DNA from: Nitrospirota bacterium
Lineage (GTDB): Bacteria > Nitrospirota > UBA9217
Assembly: GCA_963749655.1 (NCBI GenBank)
Contig: CAVVOB010000038.1
Coordinates: 64,001-128,000 of the forward strand
Direction of reading: 5' to 3'
DNA: 64,000 nt
The translations under genes were made by a program, and so were the position numbers. Below, piece by piece: positions 42,014-52,293 of this stretch (its first letter is position 1; each line of letters starts with the position of its first letter). The notes beneath the pieces are model-generated. The model made no database searches and was not told the DNA's origin. It was given only the letters and a program-made list of their open reading frames with translations.

Positions 42014-42862
42014 ATGGAAGTTTTTTTGGCGGATAAAGCGGGTTTCTGCTTCGGCGTCAAGCGGGCGATCAACACCGCGTTCGAAGCCGCCGGCAAGGGG
42101 ACGGGGGGCGTCTACTGTCTGGGGCCGCTCATTCACAACCCGCAGGAAGTCGAACGGCTGCGCAGGCTGGGCATCGAAACGGTGGAAGATTTTTCTTCAT
42201 TGAAGCCGGGCAATTCTCTTATCATCCGGTCCCACGGGGTGCCGCCCCGCGTTGTTGCGCAGGCCCGGGACATGGGATTGACCATCATCGACCTCACCTG
42301 TCCGTTCGTCGGCAAGGCCCAACGTGACGCGGAGACGCTTCAGAAGGAGGGCTACCAGGTTATCGTCGTCGGCGAGAAAAAGCACCCCGAAGTGCAGAGC
42401 ATTCTGGGATATGCGGGAGACAACGCGGTCGTCGTGGAAACAGCCGACGATGTGGCCGGTCTCAGGCTTGAGCCGCGGCTCGGCGTGGTGGCGCAGACCA
42501 CGCAATCATATAGCAATTTTTCGGAAACTGTGCTAAAATTACTCCGTCTTTCCAAAGAATTAAAGGTCTTCAACACCATCTGCAGCTCAACCAAGGAGCG
42601 ACAGGAAGCAGCGCAAATTCTGGCCCGCAAGGTGGATGTCATGCTGGTAGTCGGAGGAAGAAACAGCGCGAACACCAGCAGGCTGGCTTCTCTCTGCCGC
42701 GACGTGGGGAAATCGACCTACCACATCGAGGTGGCTGACGAGATCCGCACGGAATGGCTGGCGGGCATAAAGAGCGTGGGGGTCACCGCAGGTGCTTCCA
42801 CGCCCGACTGGGTCGTTGACGGCGTGCTCGAAAAATTGAAACAAATAACGGCCGGTCGGTAA
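42014..42862 (+). CDS. ispH: HMBPP reductase
   Basis: AGFCFGVKRA, LIHN, SHG, TCPFV, HPEV, QTT, NTIC, TAGASTP. Confidence 0.96.
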   Translation: MEVFLADKAGFCFGVKRAINTAFEAAGKGTGGVYCLGPLIHNPQEVERLRRLGIETVEDFSSLKPGNSLIIRSHGVPPRVVAQARDMGLTIIDLTCPFVGKAQRDAETLQKEGYQVIVVGEKKHPEVQSILGYAGDNAVVVETADDVAGLRLEPRLGVVAQTTQSYSNFSETVLKLLRLSKELKVFNTICSSTKERQEAAQILARKVDVMLVVGGRNSANTSRLASLCRDVGKSTYHIEVADEIRTEWLAGIKSVGVTAGASTPDWVVDGVLEKLKQITAGR

Positions 42863-43021
42863 AGCACGCCGCTTGACCGTTTCGCCCGTGCTCGAGGGGG
42901 CGACGGGGGGACTGCAGGCAGGACACCCGCTGCGACGGGGAACGACGTGATTCTGTAGATTCGCGGGAGAAAAAGCTGATCATCTCCCGCGGAGTTTATT
43001 TTCAGGAGGCAGGGACGTTTC

Positions 43022-44719
43022 ATGGATGATCCGCGCGAAGACGTTGAGCACGAAGAGAACAATAACACACCGGCAGGACAGGACACGGAGTTCGAGACGC
43101 TCTACAACCAGTCGCTGAAGAGGTTCAAGTCAGGGACGCTGGTCAAGGGCCGGGTGCTGCAGATCCGGTCCGGCGTGGTCATGCTGGATGTCGGCTACAA
43201 ATCGGACGGTATCATTCCGGTGGACCAGTTTACCGATGAAGAATTGAAGAGTATGAAGCCGGGCGACGAGCTCGAGGTCCTTCTTGAAGCGGCGGAAGAT
43301 TCGAATGGGAACATCATGTTGTCCCGCGACAAGGCAAAGAAGCTGCAGATCTGGGACGATCTGAATCGCGCGCATCAGACCGGCTCGCCGGTCCAGGGCA
43401 AGGTGGTCGGGTCCATTAAGGGAGGCCTTACCGTTGATCTCAGCGGCGTGACGGCGTTCCTGCCGGGCTCTCAGATCGACATCAAGCCGGTCCAGAACAT
43501 GGGGCAGCTCGTCGGAAAGACCCTGGAAATGAAGATCATCAAAATGAACTCCGGCAGGGGCAACATCGTGCTTTCCCGCCGGGCCATCCTGGAACAGCAG
43601 CAAAACCTGAAGAAAGAAGCCACGCTCGCATCGCTGACGGAGGGGCAGGTGATCAGCGGCGTCATCAAGAACATCACGGATTACGGCGCCTTCGTCGACC
43701 TGGGAGGCATCGACGGTCTTATGCACATCACCGATATTTCGTGGGGCAGGATCAACCATCCCTCCGAGGCTTTCAAGGTCGGGGACCGTGTCGAGGTCGT
43801 TGTGCTCAAGTATGACCGGGAGAAGCAGAAGGTCTCCCTCGGCATGAAGCAAAAGACGCAGGACCCCTGGCAGACCGTTGCCGAAAAATATCCCGTCGGC
43901 AGCAGGGTGCGCGGAAAGGTCATGAGTCTGGCCGATTACGGGGCCTTCGTGGAGCTTGAGCACGGCGTGGAAGGATTGGTCCACGTATCCGAGATGTCCT
44001 GGACCCAGAAAGTAAAACATCCTTCCAAAATCGTGTCAGTCGGCTCGGTCATCGAGACCCAGGTGCTCGCCGCGGACCCCGCGGGGAAACGAATCTCTCT
44101 CGGCATGAAACAGATCGAGCCCAATCCCTGGCAGACCATAGGCGAACGGTACCCTGTCGGATCCGAGGTGGAAGGCAAGGTCAAGACCATCACCGATTTC
44201 GGAGCTTTCATCGGCATCGAGGAGGGCATTGACGGCCTCGTTCATATATCGGACCTTTCATGGACCAAGCATATCAAGCACCCCTCGGAATTGCTCAAAA
44301 AGGGGCAGAAGACCAGGGTAGTCGTGCTTTCCATCGATTCGGCCAAGGAGCGCATCTCACTGGGGATCAAGCAATTGACCCCGGACCCCTGGGACAAGGC
44401 CATTCCGGAGCGGTACAAGACCGGCCAGGACGAGAACGTGAAAGTGACGAAAAAGGCCGAGTTCGGACTGTTCGTGGCTCTGGAGCACGACATCGAGGGG
44501 CTTATACCGACCTCCGAGATCCCCAAGGACTCCCCTGAGATAAAGGAGGGAGACGAAGTGACTGCGCGGGTGATCAAAGTGGACAAAGGCGACCGCAAGA
44601 TCGCACTGTCCATAAAAGCCCAGATCAAGGGGCAGGACCGGTCCAGCCTTCGGGAATACATGAGCCAGCAGGAAAAGCCCGATACGACCATCGGCGCGCT
44701 GCTGAAGGAACGGAGCTGA
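43022..44719 (+). CDS. rpsA: 30S ribosomal protein S1
   Basis: Six S1 repeats (DYGAFV...GL.H.S..SW). Confidence 0.96.
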   Translation: MDDPREDVEHEENNNTPAGQDTEFETLYNQSLKRFKSGTLVKGRVLQIRSGVVMLDVGYKSDGIIPVDQFTDEELKSMKPGDELEVLLEAAEDSNGNIMLSRDKAKKLQIWDDLNRAHQTGSPVQGKVVGSIKGGLTVDLSGVTAFLPGSQIDIKPVQNMGQLVGKTLEMKIIKMNSGRGNIVLSRRAILEQQQNLKKEATLASLTEGQVISGVIKNITDYGAFVDLGGIDGLMHITDISWGRINHPSEAFKVGDRVEVVVLKYDREKQKVSLGMKQKTQDPWQTVAEKYPVGSRVRGKVMSLADYGAFVELEHGVEGLVHVSEMSWTQKVKHPSKIVSVGSVIETQVLAADPAGKRISLGMKQIEPNPWQTIGERYPVGSEVEGKVKTITDFGAFIGIEEGIDGLVHISDLSWTKHIKHPSELLKKGQKTRVVVLSIDSAKERISLGIKQLTPDPWDKAIPERYKTGQDENVKVTKKAEFGLFVALEHDIEGLIPTSEIPKDSPEIKEGDEVTARVIKVDKGDRKIALSIKAQIKGQDRSSLREYMSQQEKPDTTIGALLKERS

Positions 44720-44725
44720 CGCACC

Positions 44726-45622
44726 ATGAAACGGAACCCCGTTCTGATCGTGGCAGCCACTGCAGCGGTGCTCGGGATACTCTTTGCCGCCGTGCTCGTG
44801 CTGGCATCCTTTCTTTCCGGAGGAAAGCACAAGTCCGTTCCGCTGTCCGTCGGCGGCGGCACTGTGGCGCTGGTGAAGGTTGAAGGACTGCTCGTGAGCT
44901 CCGAGAACATCGTCGAAGAGCTGAATGACTATGCCGACGACGGGTCCGTCAAGGCGATCGTCCTGCGGATCGACAGCCCCGGAGGCGGAGTCGTCGTTTC
45001 CCAGGAGATTTACAATGCGATCGTGAATGCCAAAAAGGAAGGCAAAAAGATCGTGGCCTCCATGGGGACGGTGGCCGCGTCGGGAGGCTACTACATCGCT
45101 GCGGCGGCCGACAAGGTAGTGGCAAACCCGGGAAGCCTCACCGGAAGTATCGGCGTCAAAATGGAATTTGCCAGCGTCGAAAAACTGCTTGATAAGATCG
45201 GCGTGAAAGGGATGGTGGTCAAGGCCGGAGAATACAAGGACATCGGCTCCCCGTTCCGGAACATGACCGATCAGGAAAAAAAGCTGCTGCAGGGAGTGAT
45301 CGACGATGTGCATAGCCAGTTCATCGAAGCCGTTGCGGAAGGGCGCAAGCTCCCCGTTGCGGACGTGAAGGCCATAGCGGACGGCCGCATTTTCACCGGC
45401 AGGCAGGCGCTTGCACTCAAGCTGGTCGACCAGCTGGGAGATCTCGAAGACAGCATCCGGCTCGCCGGGACCCTGACGGGGATCAAAGGGAAGCCGACGG
45501 TGGTGGAAAAAAAGAAAAAAGTTCCCTTTTTCGATTATCTGAAAGAGGAGACCTCTACCTGGATAGCGGAGGTTATTGCAAACGGACTCGGCCAAAGCTC
45601 CGTGTCGCTGCAGTATCGTTAG
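44726..45622 (+). CDS. sppA: Signal peptide peptidase SppA
   Basis: RIDSPGG, AASGGYY, TGSIGV, DGRIFTGRQA. Confidence 0.94.
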   Translation: MKRNPVLIVAATAAVLGILFAAVLVLASFLSGGKHKSVPLSVGGGTVALVKVEGLLVSSENIVEELNDYADDGSVKAIVLRIDSPGGGVVVSQEIYNAIVNAKKEGKKIVASMGTVAASGGYYIAAAADKVVANPGSLTGSIGVKMEFASVEKLLDKIGVKGMVVKAGEYKDIGSPFRNMTDQEKKLLQGVIDDVHSQFIEAVAEGRKLPVADVKAIADGRIFTGRQALALKLVDQLGDLEDSIRLAGTLTGIKGKPTVVEKKKKVPFFDYLKEETSTWIAEVIANGLGQSSVSLQYR

Positions 45623-45805
45623 GTTTAAGTACGCCCCTGCTCAAGAGGGAAGAACGGCATCGGGACGCCGGCGCAGGGGACGAGAGACAAAAGTTTTTTG
45701 ATTCGTGCATTTCCCCGCGGCCTGTGTGACTGAGCGGGACATGTCTTGCTGCTCCTGCCGGTCCGGGACGGGGCAGCCATCAAGTCGGGTGAGGGAGGGT
45801 AGTGC

Positions 45806-46090
45806 ATGACAAAGGCGGAACTGGTGGACAAGATTGCCGAGAAAAAGCCTGGCCTGACCAGGAAGCAGGTGGAGATCGTCGTGAACACCGTGCTCGACGG
45901 AATCAAGGATGCGTTGTCCCGGGAGGACAAGGTTGAGATCCGGGGGTTCGGAAGCTTCCGCATCCGCTACCGCCGCGCCAAAGAAGGCAGAAACCCCAAG
46001 ACCGGCGAGACGGTGCAGGTGCCGCCGAAAAAAGTTCCTTTCTTCAAAGCAGGCAAGGAAATGAGGGAGATGGTCGACGGGAAGCAGTAG
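45806..46090 (+). CDS. ihfB: Integration host factor beta
   Basis: VEIRGFGSF, GRNPKTGE, PFFKAGKEMR; follows rpsA-sppA. Confidence 0.88.
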   Translation: MTKAELVDKIAEKKPGLTRKQVEIVVNTVLDGIKDALSREDKVEIRGFGSFRIRYRRAKEGRNPKTGETVQVPPKKVPFFKAGKEMREMVDGKQ

Positions 46091-46095
46091 CCGTC

Positions 46096-46761
46096 TCACC
46101 AGACATCTATTTTTATGATACCCCGTTGAATCGCGAATTTAATGAAACCGGCCCTGCTGTGAATGCCCAGCTTCTCTCCGAGATTGGTCTGATGGGCGAT
46201 GACGGTTTTTACGCTGATGCAGAGCATGTCGGCTATTTCCTTGTGAGTATACCCTTCCGCAACGAGCTTGAGTACCTGCTTCTCCCGGTCTGACAGCTTT
46301 TCATAACTGTCCTCGGCATCCGACGGCTTATCTCCCTGCAGGTACCGTGCAACAACTTCGGTGGCTATGGAAGAATACAGGTAGAGCTCTCCCCTCGTGA
46401 TCGCTTTGAGGCCCGTCAGCAGGTCGCTGCCCACCGCTTTTTTCAACAGGTATCCCGAGACTCCGGCCTTAAGAAAACGACTGATGTACTCCTTGTCTTC
46501 GTACTGGGTCAGGACGAGCACCTTCGTGTCCGGAGAGTTCTTCTTTATTTCGATAGTGGCTTCGAGCCCGCCGAGTTTGGGCATGTTGATGTCCATGATG
46601 ACGATGTCGGGATGGTGCTTGTTCGTTTTTTCGATCGCCTCGATGCCGTCGGAGGCCTCGGCCACGACTTCGAACTCATCGCTCAGTTTCAGGAAGGCCG
46701 CGATGCCTTCGCGGACCAGGGCGTGGTCATCGGCAATCAACACTTTCGTTTTATGCTGCAT
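46096..46761 (-). CDS. NarL/LuxR-family response regulator
   Basis: ADDHALVREG, MDINMP, LSDREKQVLKLVAEG...ISVKTV. Confidence 0.94.
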   Translation of the reverse strand: MQHKTKVLIADDHALVREGIAAFLKLSDEFEVVAEASDGIEAIEKTNKHHPDIVIMDINMPKLGGLEATIEIKKNSPDTKVLVLTQYEDKEYISRFLKAGVSGYLLKKAVGSDLLTGLKAITRGELYLYSSIATEVVARYLQGDKPSDAEDSYEKLSDREKQVLKLVAEGYTHKEIADMLCISVKTVIAHQTNLGEKLGIHSRAGFIKFAIQRGIIKIDVW

Positions 46762-48604
46762 GGTCAACCTCCGGCGGCATCAGGGGGATGCGTATGCCGA
46801 TCTTCGTGCCGAGGCCCGGTTGCGAGCAGATTTCCATTTCCCCGCCGATCAGGAGCGCCCGTTCCCTCATCCCGAGGATACCCAGTCCCCGGCGGTCACG
46901 GGTGTCTGAGTTGTGAAGGTACAATGATCCGAGGTCGAATCCTACCCCGTCATCCTCGATTTCCGCGTACACGGTCTTCACGTCGGTTCGAAAAAGAACG
47001 AAAACGTTTTCAGCCTGCGCATGTCTCGCAATGTTCATCACGGCCTCCTGTACGATCCTGAACAGGACGATCTCCACTTCCGGCCGAAAGCGTTTTTCTT
47101 TCACTCCCGTCGTGTTGATGAAGTACTGTATGCCCCGTTCCCCCAGGTGGATGTTCATGAGTGACTGGACCGCCGCGATAAGGCCCAGGTCATCGAGCAG
47201 CGACGGTCTCAGATTCTGCATGATGGCGATCAGGCCGTCATAGGCTTTCATGATGATCCCCCGGATGGTGTCGATCTTTTCCATGGTGATCTGAGTGGGG
47301 TGGATACGGCAGATGTCGATCCTCATGAGCGCAGCCGTCATCTCCTGGAGCGTATCGTCGTGCAACTCGCGCGCGATCCGGTTCCGTTCTTCTTCCTGCG
47401 ACGAGATGAGCTTCTTCAGCAGCCGCTCCGCGCGCCGCTGACTTTCGTTGATCTGCCGGGTGCGCTCCTGGACCCTGGTTTCCAGTTCCTGGGTATGCTG
47501 CCGGATCCGATCCATGGACTCGCCGAGCTTGCCGCGCATGGTCTCGAAGCTCCGGCTCAGAATGCCGATCTCATCGCTCCCCTGCGGTGCAATGGGCTCC
47601 GAGAGGTCCCCCTGGGAGATACGGTCGGCGCCGCGGATGAGTTCCTTGAGCGGATCGACGATGCTGCGACTGATCCCGATGGTGAGGATCAGGGCCGTGC
47701 CGATAAAAATCAGGCCGAGGATGATGAAGAGCCGCTTGAGGTTCGCTGCGGGCGCGAACACGTCCTCCTTCAGCTCCTGGATGGATATGCCCCAGGGGGC
47801 CGTTTCGAGCGGGACGAATGCGAGGACCGTCGACTGCTTTTCCTTCCGCGTCCCGGCTTCATGGCAGACATGACAGGTCGTCACCCGCTCCTTCCGCTCG
47901 TTGATGATGGTGGTGAAAAAGCTGTTCCGGTCGCACTGGGTGAACATCCTCGACGGATTGGACGATGCGACGACCACGCCGTTCGAATCGACGATGTCGA
48001 TGAACTCGTTCTTTCCGATGTCGATCAGCCCCAGCTTCTGCAGCAGGAGCGGGCTGGTAGGGTCGATCAGGCCGCCGGCAACGCCCACGGTGCGGCTGTT
48101 CTTGTCCTTGAGCGGCACGAGAACAAAGAGGACTTTTTTCTGCGAGGGCTCAAGCGTGTAGATATTCGAGACCACCGGCTTGCCGAGCGCCAGCATCCTG
48201 CTGACAGGCGCGATGCTGAGGATGTTCAGGGAGGACTCCCTCATCCGCTCGGGGTAGTTCAACAGCATATTCCCGCCGTTGTCGAGAAGAAAAATTCCGT
48301 CGGTGAAGATGGAATACCGGTACGCCGTTTTTACGGCTTCCCTTTCCGGGCCGAAATCGCCGTCCTCAAGGTCTACGACGCCGGAGATTGAGATGTCGTA
48401 GAGCCTGCTGATGTTGTCCCTGATAATGTTGTCTACATTGTTCCTGGTCAGGCGGGAAAGGGCGAGTTTCTTGTTAAGCAGGTCGTCGATGTTCTTTTGG
48501 ATGAGGTAATGGCTTGCGATCCCCAGGCTCAGCAGTATGACCGAAATCCCTATGAGGATAAAGAGGGTGATGCGTTTTTGCAAGCTCCCCGTTAACTTGC
48601 TCAT
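46751..48604 (-). CDS. Cache-HAMP HisKA_3 histidine kinase with CxxCH
   Basis: CHVCH in the periplasmic domain, EERNRIARELHD, LRPSLLDDLGL, DDGVGF. Confidence 0.92.
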   Translation of the reverse strand: MSKLTGSLQKRITLFILIGISVILLSLGIASHYLIQKNIDDLLNKKLALSRLTRNNVDNIIRDNISRLYDISISGVVDLEDGDFGPEREAVKTAYRYSIFTDGIFLLDNGGNMLLNYPERMRESSLNILSIAPVSRMLALGKPVVSNIYTLEPSQKKVLFVLVPLKDKNSRTVGVAGGLIDPTSPLLLQKLGLIDIGKNEFIDIVDSNGVVVASSNPSRMFTQCDRNSFFTTIINERKERVTTCHVCHEAGTRKEKQSTVLAFVPLETAPWGISIQELKEDVFAPAANLKRLFIILGLIFIGTALILTIGISRSIVDPLKELIRGADRISQGDLSEPIAPQGSDEIGILSRSFETMRGKLGESMDRIRQHTQELETRVQERTRQINESQRRAERLLKKLISSQEEERNRIARELHDDTLQEMTAALMRIDICRIHPTQITMEKIDTIRGIIMKAYDGLIAIMQNLRPSLLDDLGLIAAVQSLMNIHLGERGIQYFINTTGVKEKRFRPEVEIVLFRIVQEAVMNIARHAQAENVFVLFRTDVKTVYAEIEDDGVGFDLGSLYLHNSDTRDRRGLGILGMRERALLIGGEMEICSQPGLGTKIGIRIPLMPPEVDHAA

Positions 48605-49419
48605 GAACGGATTATAGCCCAATGGGGGCAAAAAAGAAAGACAAAGGGCGATATGACTGCGCCCTGTTTCGACGGCCTGCTCACGAGCCGGGGAGGCGAT
48701 ATCCCGGGAGGCGCCTGCAGGTCAGCCTGCATTTGCTGCAGGTCCTCGATCTCGTCGGAGTGCTCGCTCAGCATCCGTTCCCGCGAGATGTATCCCGTGA
48801 AGATGGTCGTATCGAGGGGGAAGACGTCGGGGCTGAAGATGGCGTTGTAGATGTGCCAGATGGAAATGATCAGGAAAACAACGAGGGCCTCGTTGGTATG
48901 GAGCACCTTGGCGGCAGGGATGACTTCACCGGGAAGAAACGAGGTCACCGTTGCCGGAAACCACAGAACTGCGCCGGTAGCGATCATCAGCAGGACGCCG
49001 GTAAGGATCCCCCAGTATTCGAATTTTTGTTTGTACGTATATCTGCCGCCGCTCGTGGGAAGTTTTTCCAGGCCGAGATAATACCGTATGTTGTGCACGA
49101 CGTCGGTGAAGTCCTTTTTTGTGATCACCATGGAAGGCTGCCACCGCCGGTAAACGATTCCGAAGACAGCGACAGCCAGATGGGCGATGACGCCGAGGGA
49201 AAAGATCAGCCCCATGAACCGGTGGATCAGCCGCACGCTGTCGATCCCTCCCACGTGAAGGATGAACCACTGCGAAACGTCGAGTGCATAGAATTTTTGG
49301 GAGAGACCGGTACAGAGGAGAAGGCTGAAGACGAGCACGTGCGTCCAGTGCTCGACGACACGGGCGGTGGAAAACCTTCTCATTCGCTGTTCCGCAAGAA
49401 CGGTGTTTTGTTCCATCAT
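48601..49419 (-). CDS. Cytochrome b subunit (FdnI/Ni-hydrogenase cytochrome b-like); true end probably near 48680
   Basis: EHW, IHR, KFEYWG, LHTNEA, WHIY heme-ligand His; the tail runs through a terminator-like hairpin. Confidence 0.85.
   Translation of the reverse strand: MMEQNTVLAEQRMRRFSTARVVEHWTHVLVFSLLLCTGLSQKFYALDVSQWFILHVGGIDSVRLIHRFMGLIFSLGVIAHLAVAVFGIVYRRWQPSMVITKKDFTDVVHNIRYYLGLEKLPTSGGRYTYKQKFEYWGILTGVLLMIATGAVLWFPATVTSFLPGEVIPAAKVLHTNEALVVFLIISIWHIYNAIFSPDVFPLDTTIFTGYISRERMLSEHSDEIEDLQQMQADLQAPPGISPPRLVSRPSKQGAVISPFVFLFCPHWAIIRS
48630..48665 (-). terminator. Rho-independent terminator of the redox operon
   Basis: AGGGCG-loop-CGCCCT followed by a U-rich tract on the minus strand. 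Confidence 0.55.
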
Positions 49420-49432
49420 AGCCCCCTTCGGA

Positions 49433-50881
49433 TTACCGGTTCACCACATAGCGCCAAATGTGAAGCAGGATCTGCAGCACCAGCCCGATCGCCAGCACGG
49501 GAATGAAGACCTTGTAGATCAGGTTGACGAAAAAGACAAGCGGGGCGTGGGTCAGGCTCGGCTTGTAATGGGACAGCCAGGAATCAGGGAAGTTCTTCGG
49601 GGCCTCGGCGTGGCACCGCTGGCAATTCTTCACCAGGTTGGCCTTCACGACCGTCGCCTCGGGACCGACGGTGCTGGTGATGTTATGGGTGCCGTGGCAG
49701 TCCGTGCAGACGGCAATGGGTTTTGCCGGCTTGTTGAGCGTCCCTTTCTGAAGCTTGTAGAATTTGAGCGTTATGCCGTGAAAGTCCGACAAATAACTGT
49801 CCACGACCGATACGGAAAGTCCGTATTTGCCCACGATGGACTCGTTGGCGTGGCAGTTGCTGCACATGTCGGGGACCCGTTCACGGTAGTCCAGCGTTCG
49901 CGGGTCCTGCATGGAATGGGCCGTATGGCAGTCGGCGCACACCGGCACATCCTGGTTGTTTTCATTGAACAGAGCGTTGCCGTGAACGCTTTTTGCGTAG
50001 GTGTCGTAGATCTCCGCGTGACACCGCTGGCACCTTTTGGCGATCAGCGCCCGTTCCTTGCTGATGTGGGAAATCCCGTGCGAACCGTGGCAGTCGATGC
50101 ATACCGGGGCCTTCAGGTTCCCCTGGCTGAGCATGGTATAGTGGATGCTTTCCATCGTCTTGGTGTACTTGTCGAAGTGGCATCGCCTGCAGTTCTCCGA
50201 CGAAGCCAGCGTATAATCGCGCCGCGTAGCGAAATTCCTTTTCGGGTGCTCTTCGGAGGAAAAGCCGTAGTGACAATCGGAGCAGGACAGCTTATCGTGC
50301 ACCGATGCCTGGAGCGACGATACGTTCACCGTGCCGGAGAGCGCGTCGCCGTTCCGGAAGTGCAGCGAGATCCGGTTCCCGTGGCACCTCATGCAGTATT
50401 CCTCTTCGTTGGCGTATCTGCCCGACTTTTTGAGGGGCATGACGGCATGAGAACCGTGGCAGTTCGTGCAGATCGTCGGCGTGCCGGATTGCTCTTCCCT
50501 GAGCAGCGTCGCATGGACGCTTGTTTTCCTGATGCTGCTGTCCGGATGGCAGTGACGGCACACAAAGGCCGCCTTTGTCTGATATTGCAATTTGCTGCGG
50601 AACGATCTCTTGGGGTGCTTCACCGCTGAAAAATCGGGATGGCAGCGTGAACAGGAGAACTTTCGGTGAACGGAATTGCGGAATTTTTCGATGTCAACGT
50701 GGGCTTCCACGAACTCGTTGTTCTGGAAGGTGACCATGACGCCGTGCAGGCCGTGGCAGGACAGGCAGACCTTCGACTCATCGGTCAGGTCTCCGTTCTC
50801 GGCGTTTCCAGGGCCGGCCGTCACCGTGAAGAGGGACAGAAAGAGCAGTCCAGCAATGAGTGTGGAGCGTCCTTTTCCCAT
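49433..50881 (-). CDS. Membrane-anchored multiheme cytochrome c (13 CxxCH)
   Basis: Signal peptide, 13 CxxCH motifs counted, C-terminal TM helix with His. Confidence 0.92.
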   Translation of the reverse strand: MGKGRSTLIAGLLFLSLFTVTAGPGNAENGDLTDESKVCLSCHGLHGVMVTFQNNEFVEAHVDIEKFRNSVHRKFSCSRCHPDFSAVKHPKRSFRSKLQYQTKAAFVCRHCHPDSSIRKTSVHATLLREEQSGTPTICTNCHGSHAVMPLKKSGRYANEEEYCMRCHGNRISLHFRNGDALSGTVNVSSLQASVHDKLSCSDCHYGFSSEEHPKRNFATRRDYTLASSENCRRCHFDKYTKTMESIHYTMLSQGNLKAPVCIDCHGSHGISHISKERALIAKRCQRCHAEIYDTYAKSVHGNALFNENNQDVPVCADCHTAHSMQDPRTLDYRERVPDMCSNCHANESIVGKYGLSVSVVDSYLSDFHGITLKFYKLQKGTLNKPAKPIAVCTDCHGTHNITSTVGPEATVVKANLVKNCQRCHAEAPKNFPDSWLSHYKPSLTHAPLVFFVNLIYKVFIPVLAIGLVLQILLHIWRYVVNR

Positions 50882-51038
50882 CGGTTCCCCCTGTGTCGTG
50901 CTCGGAACTTCGCAACCGTCCCGCGCCGGGCGGGATGCCGGAAGCCCGGAGATTTCATCGCAACAGCGCCGACTTTCGCGGTCTGCCTGTTAGGACGTTT
51001 TCTCCGGGCCGCCGGATCCACCTGTTCAATCTCAACAG

Positions 51039-52293
51039 CTAATGCGTTTCCTTATAATCCGGGTGAGCATGAAGCACGGGCATGCGGTTCAGGATCCACC
51101 GGAAGATCAGGATATGGATCGTCGCGATCGCCAGAACAACAGCCGTTTCTTTCCACGGCGGAATGATGTGGTGGAGATGGTTCGGAAGCTCCCAGTTCAG
51201 CGATATGATCGAGACATTGATCCTGTTCACGATGATCCCGACAACGGCCCAGATCGCGCCGAAGCGCACGGCGCCGACGCTCAGCTTCTTGACCCCATAG
51301 GTCATCACGAGCGCAGGGGCGATGACGAAGCCCAGCACCTCGACCAGGTACCAGTATCCATAGGGCGTGGTCAGGTAGTGCCAGTTGTTGTCATGGGCAA
51401 TGCTGATGAGCTTGAACACGAGATAGACATACATGCCGACGGCCGCACCCTGACCCAGGCCGAGTGTCAGGCCCGGAAGACTTTCGAGGAACTCCTGGTC
51501 GCACCGCTCCTTCAGGAAGCGCGCGGCAAGCGTGCTGACGAAGATGACCATGGCAAGCGCCGCATAGATGCTGGAGCTGAGGAAGAGCACGGGGATATAG
51601 GAGCTATACCACAGGGGGTGCAGTTTCCCCGGCGTGAGCAGATACATCGCCCCGAGCGCCGACTGGTGGAGCGTCGACAGGATGATGCCGGCGATGGTCA
51701 TGCCGATCGTTACCAGCACGGCCCACCGGCGCACACGCTGTGACTTGAGCCATTCCAGGATGGCGGGGCTGAACTCAACAAGCTGGACCGTCAGGTACGT
51801 GGCCACATGCCATGCCACCAGGAAGAGCACCGACTGGGTGCCGAACCCGATCATCATGGGATAGTAGTATCCTCCAGGGCCGGCCGAGGTCCACGAGCAG
51901 ATAGATGACCGCGAAGAGATATCCCAGGAATCCGGTCAAAACGCCGAGCCGCAGCAGAGGATGGTATTTCTTGAAGCCGAAGATGTAGTATGCCGTCGCC
52001 ATGATGAACCCCGTGGCGGAAAGCGGAACACCGCCGAAAAGCCCCCAGCCCAGGTACAGGCCCCAGGGATAGGCATTCGATGCATGAGTGACGTAATAGA
52101 GGCCGTAATAGAACCGGAGCACCAGCAGCGGCAGCCCGATGCTCAAGATGATCGCGGCTATTATATTGAAGGGCGTGATGAGACTTCTGATGTAATCGGG
52201 CCAGCTCATGCCCATCAGCAGCTTGTCCATGAACCAGGAGCGGAATTCCCCCGGTGTCTGTCCCGCAGGTTTTACTGCGATGCCGTTACCCAT
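51039..52293 (-). CDS. NrfD/HybB/HmcC-type integral membrane subunit (frameshift at about 51865)
   Basis: YPWGL, DLGRPWR, LSTLHQSALG, KLHPLW, NRINV. Confidence 0.88.

Noticed and set aside
42863-43021. Hairpin CGCGGGAGA...TCTCCCGCG before rpsA as an ncRNA or autoregulatory leader
   Set aside because: A single hairpin without comparative support cannot be assigned.
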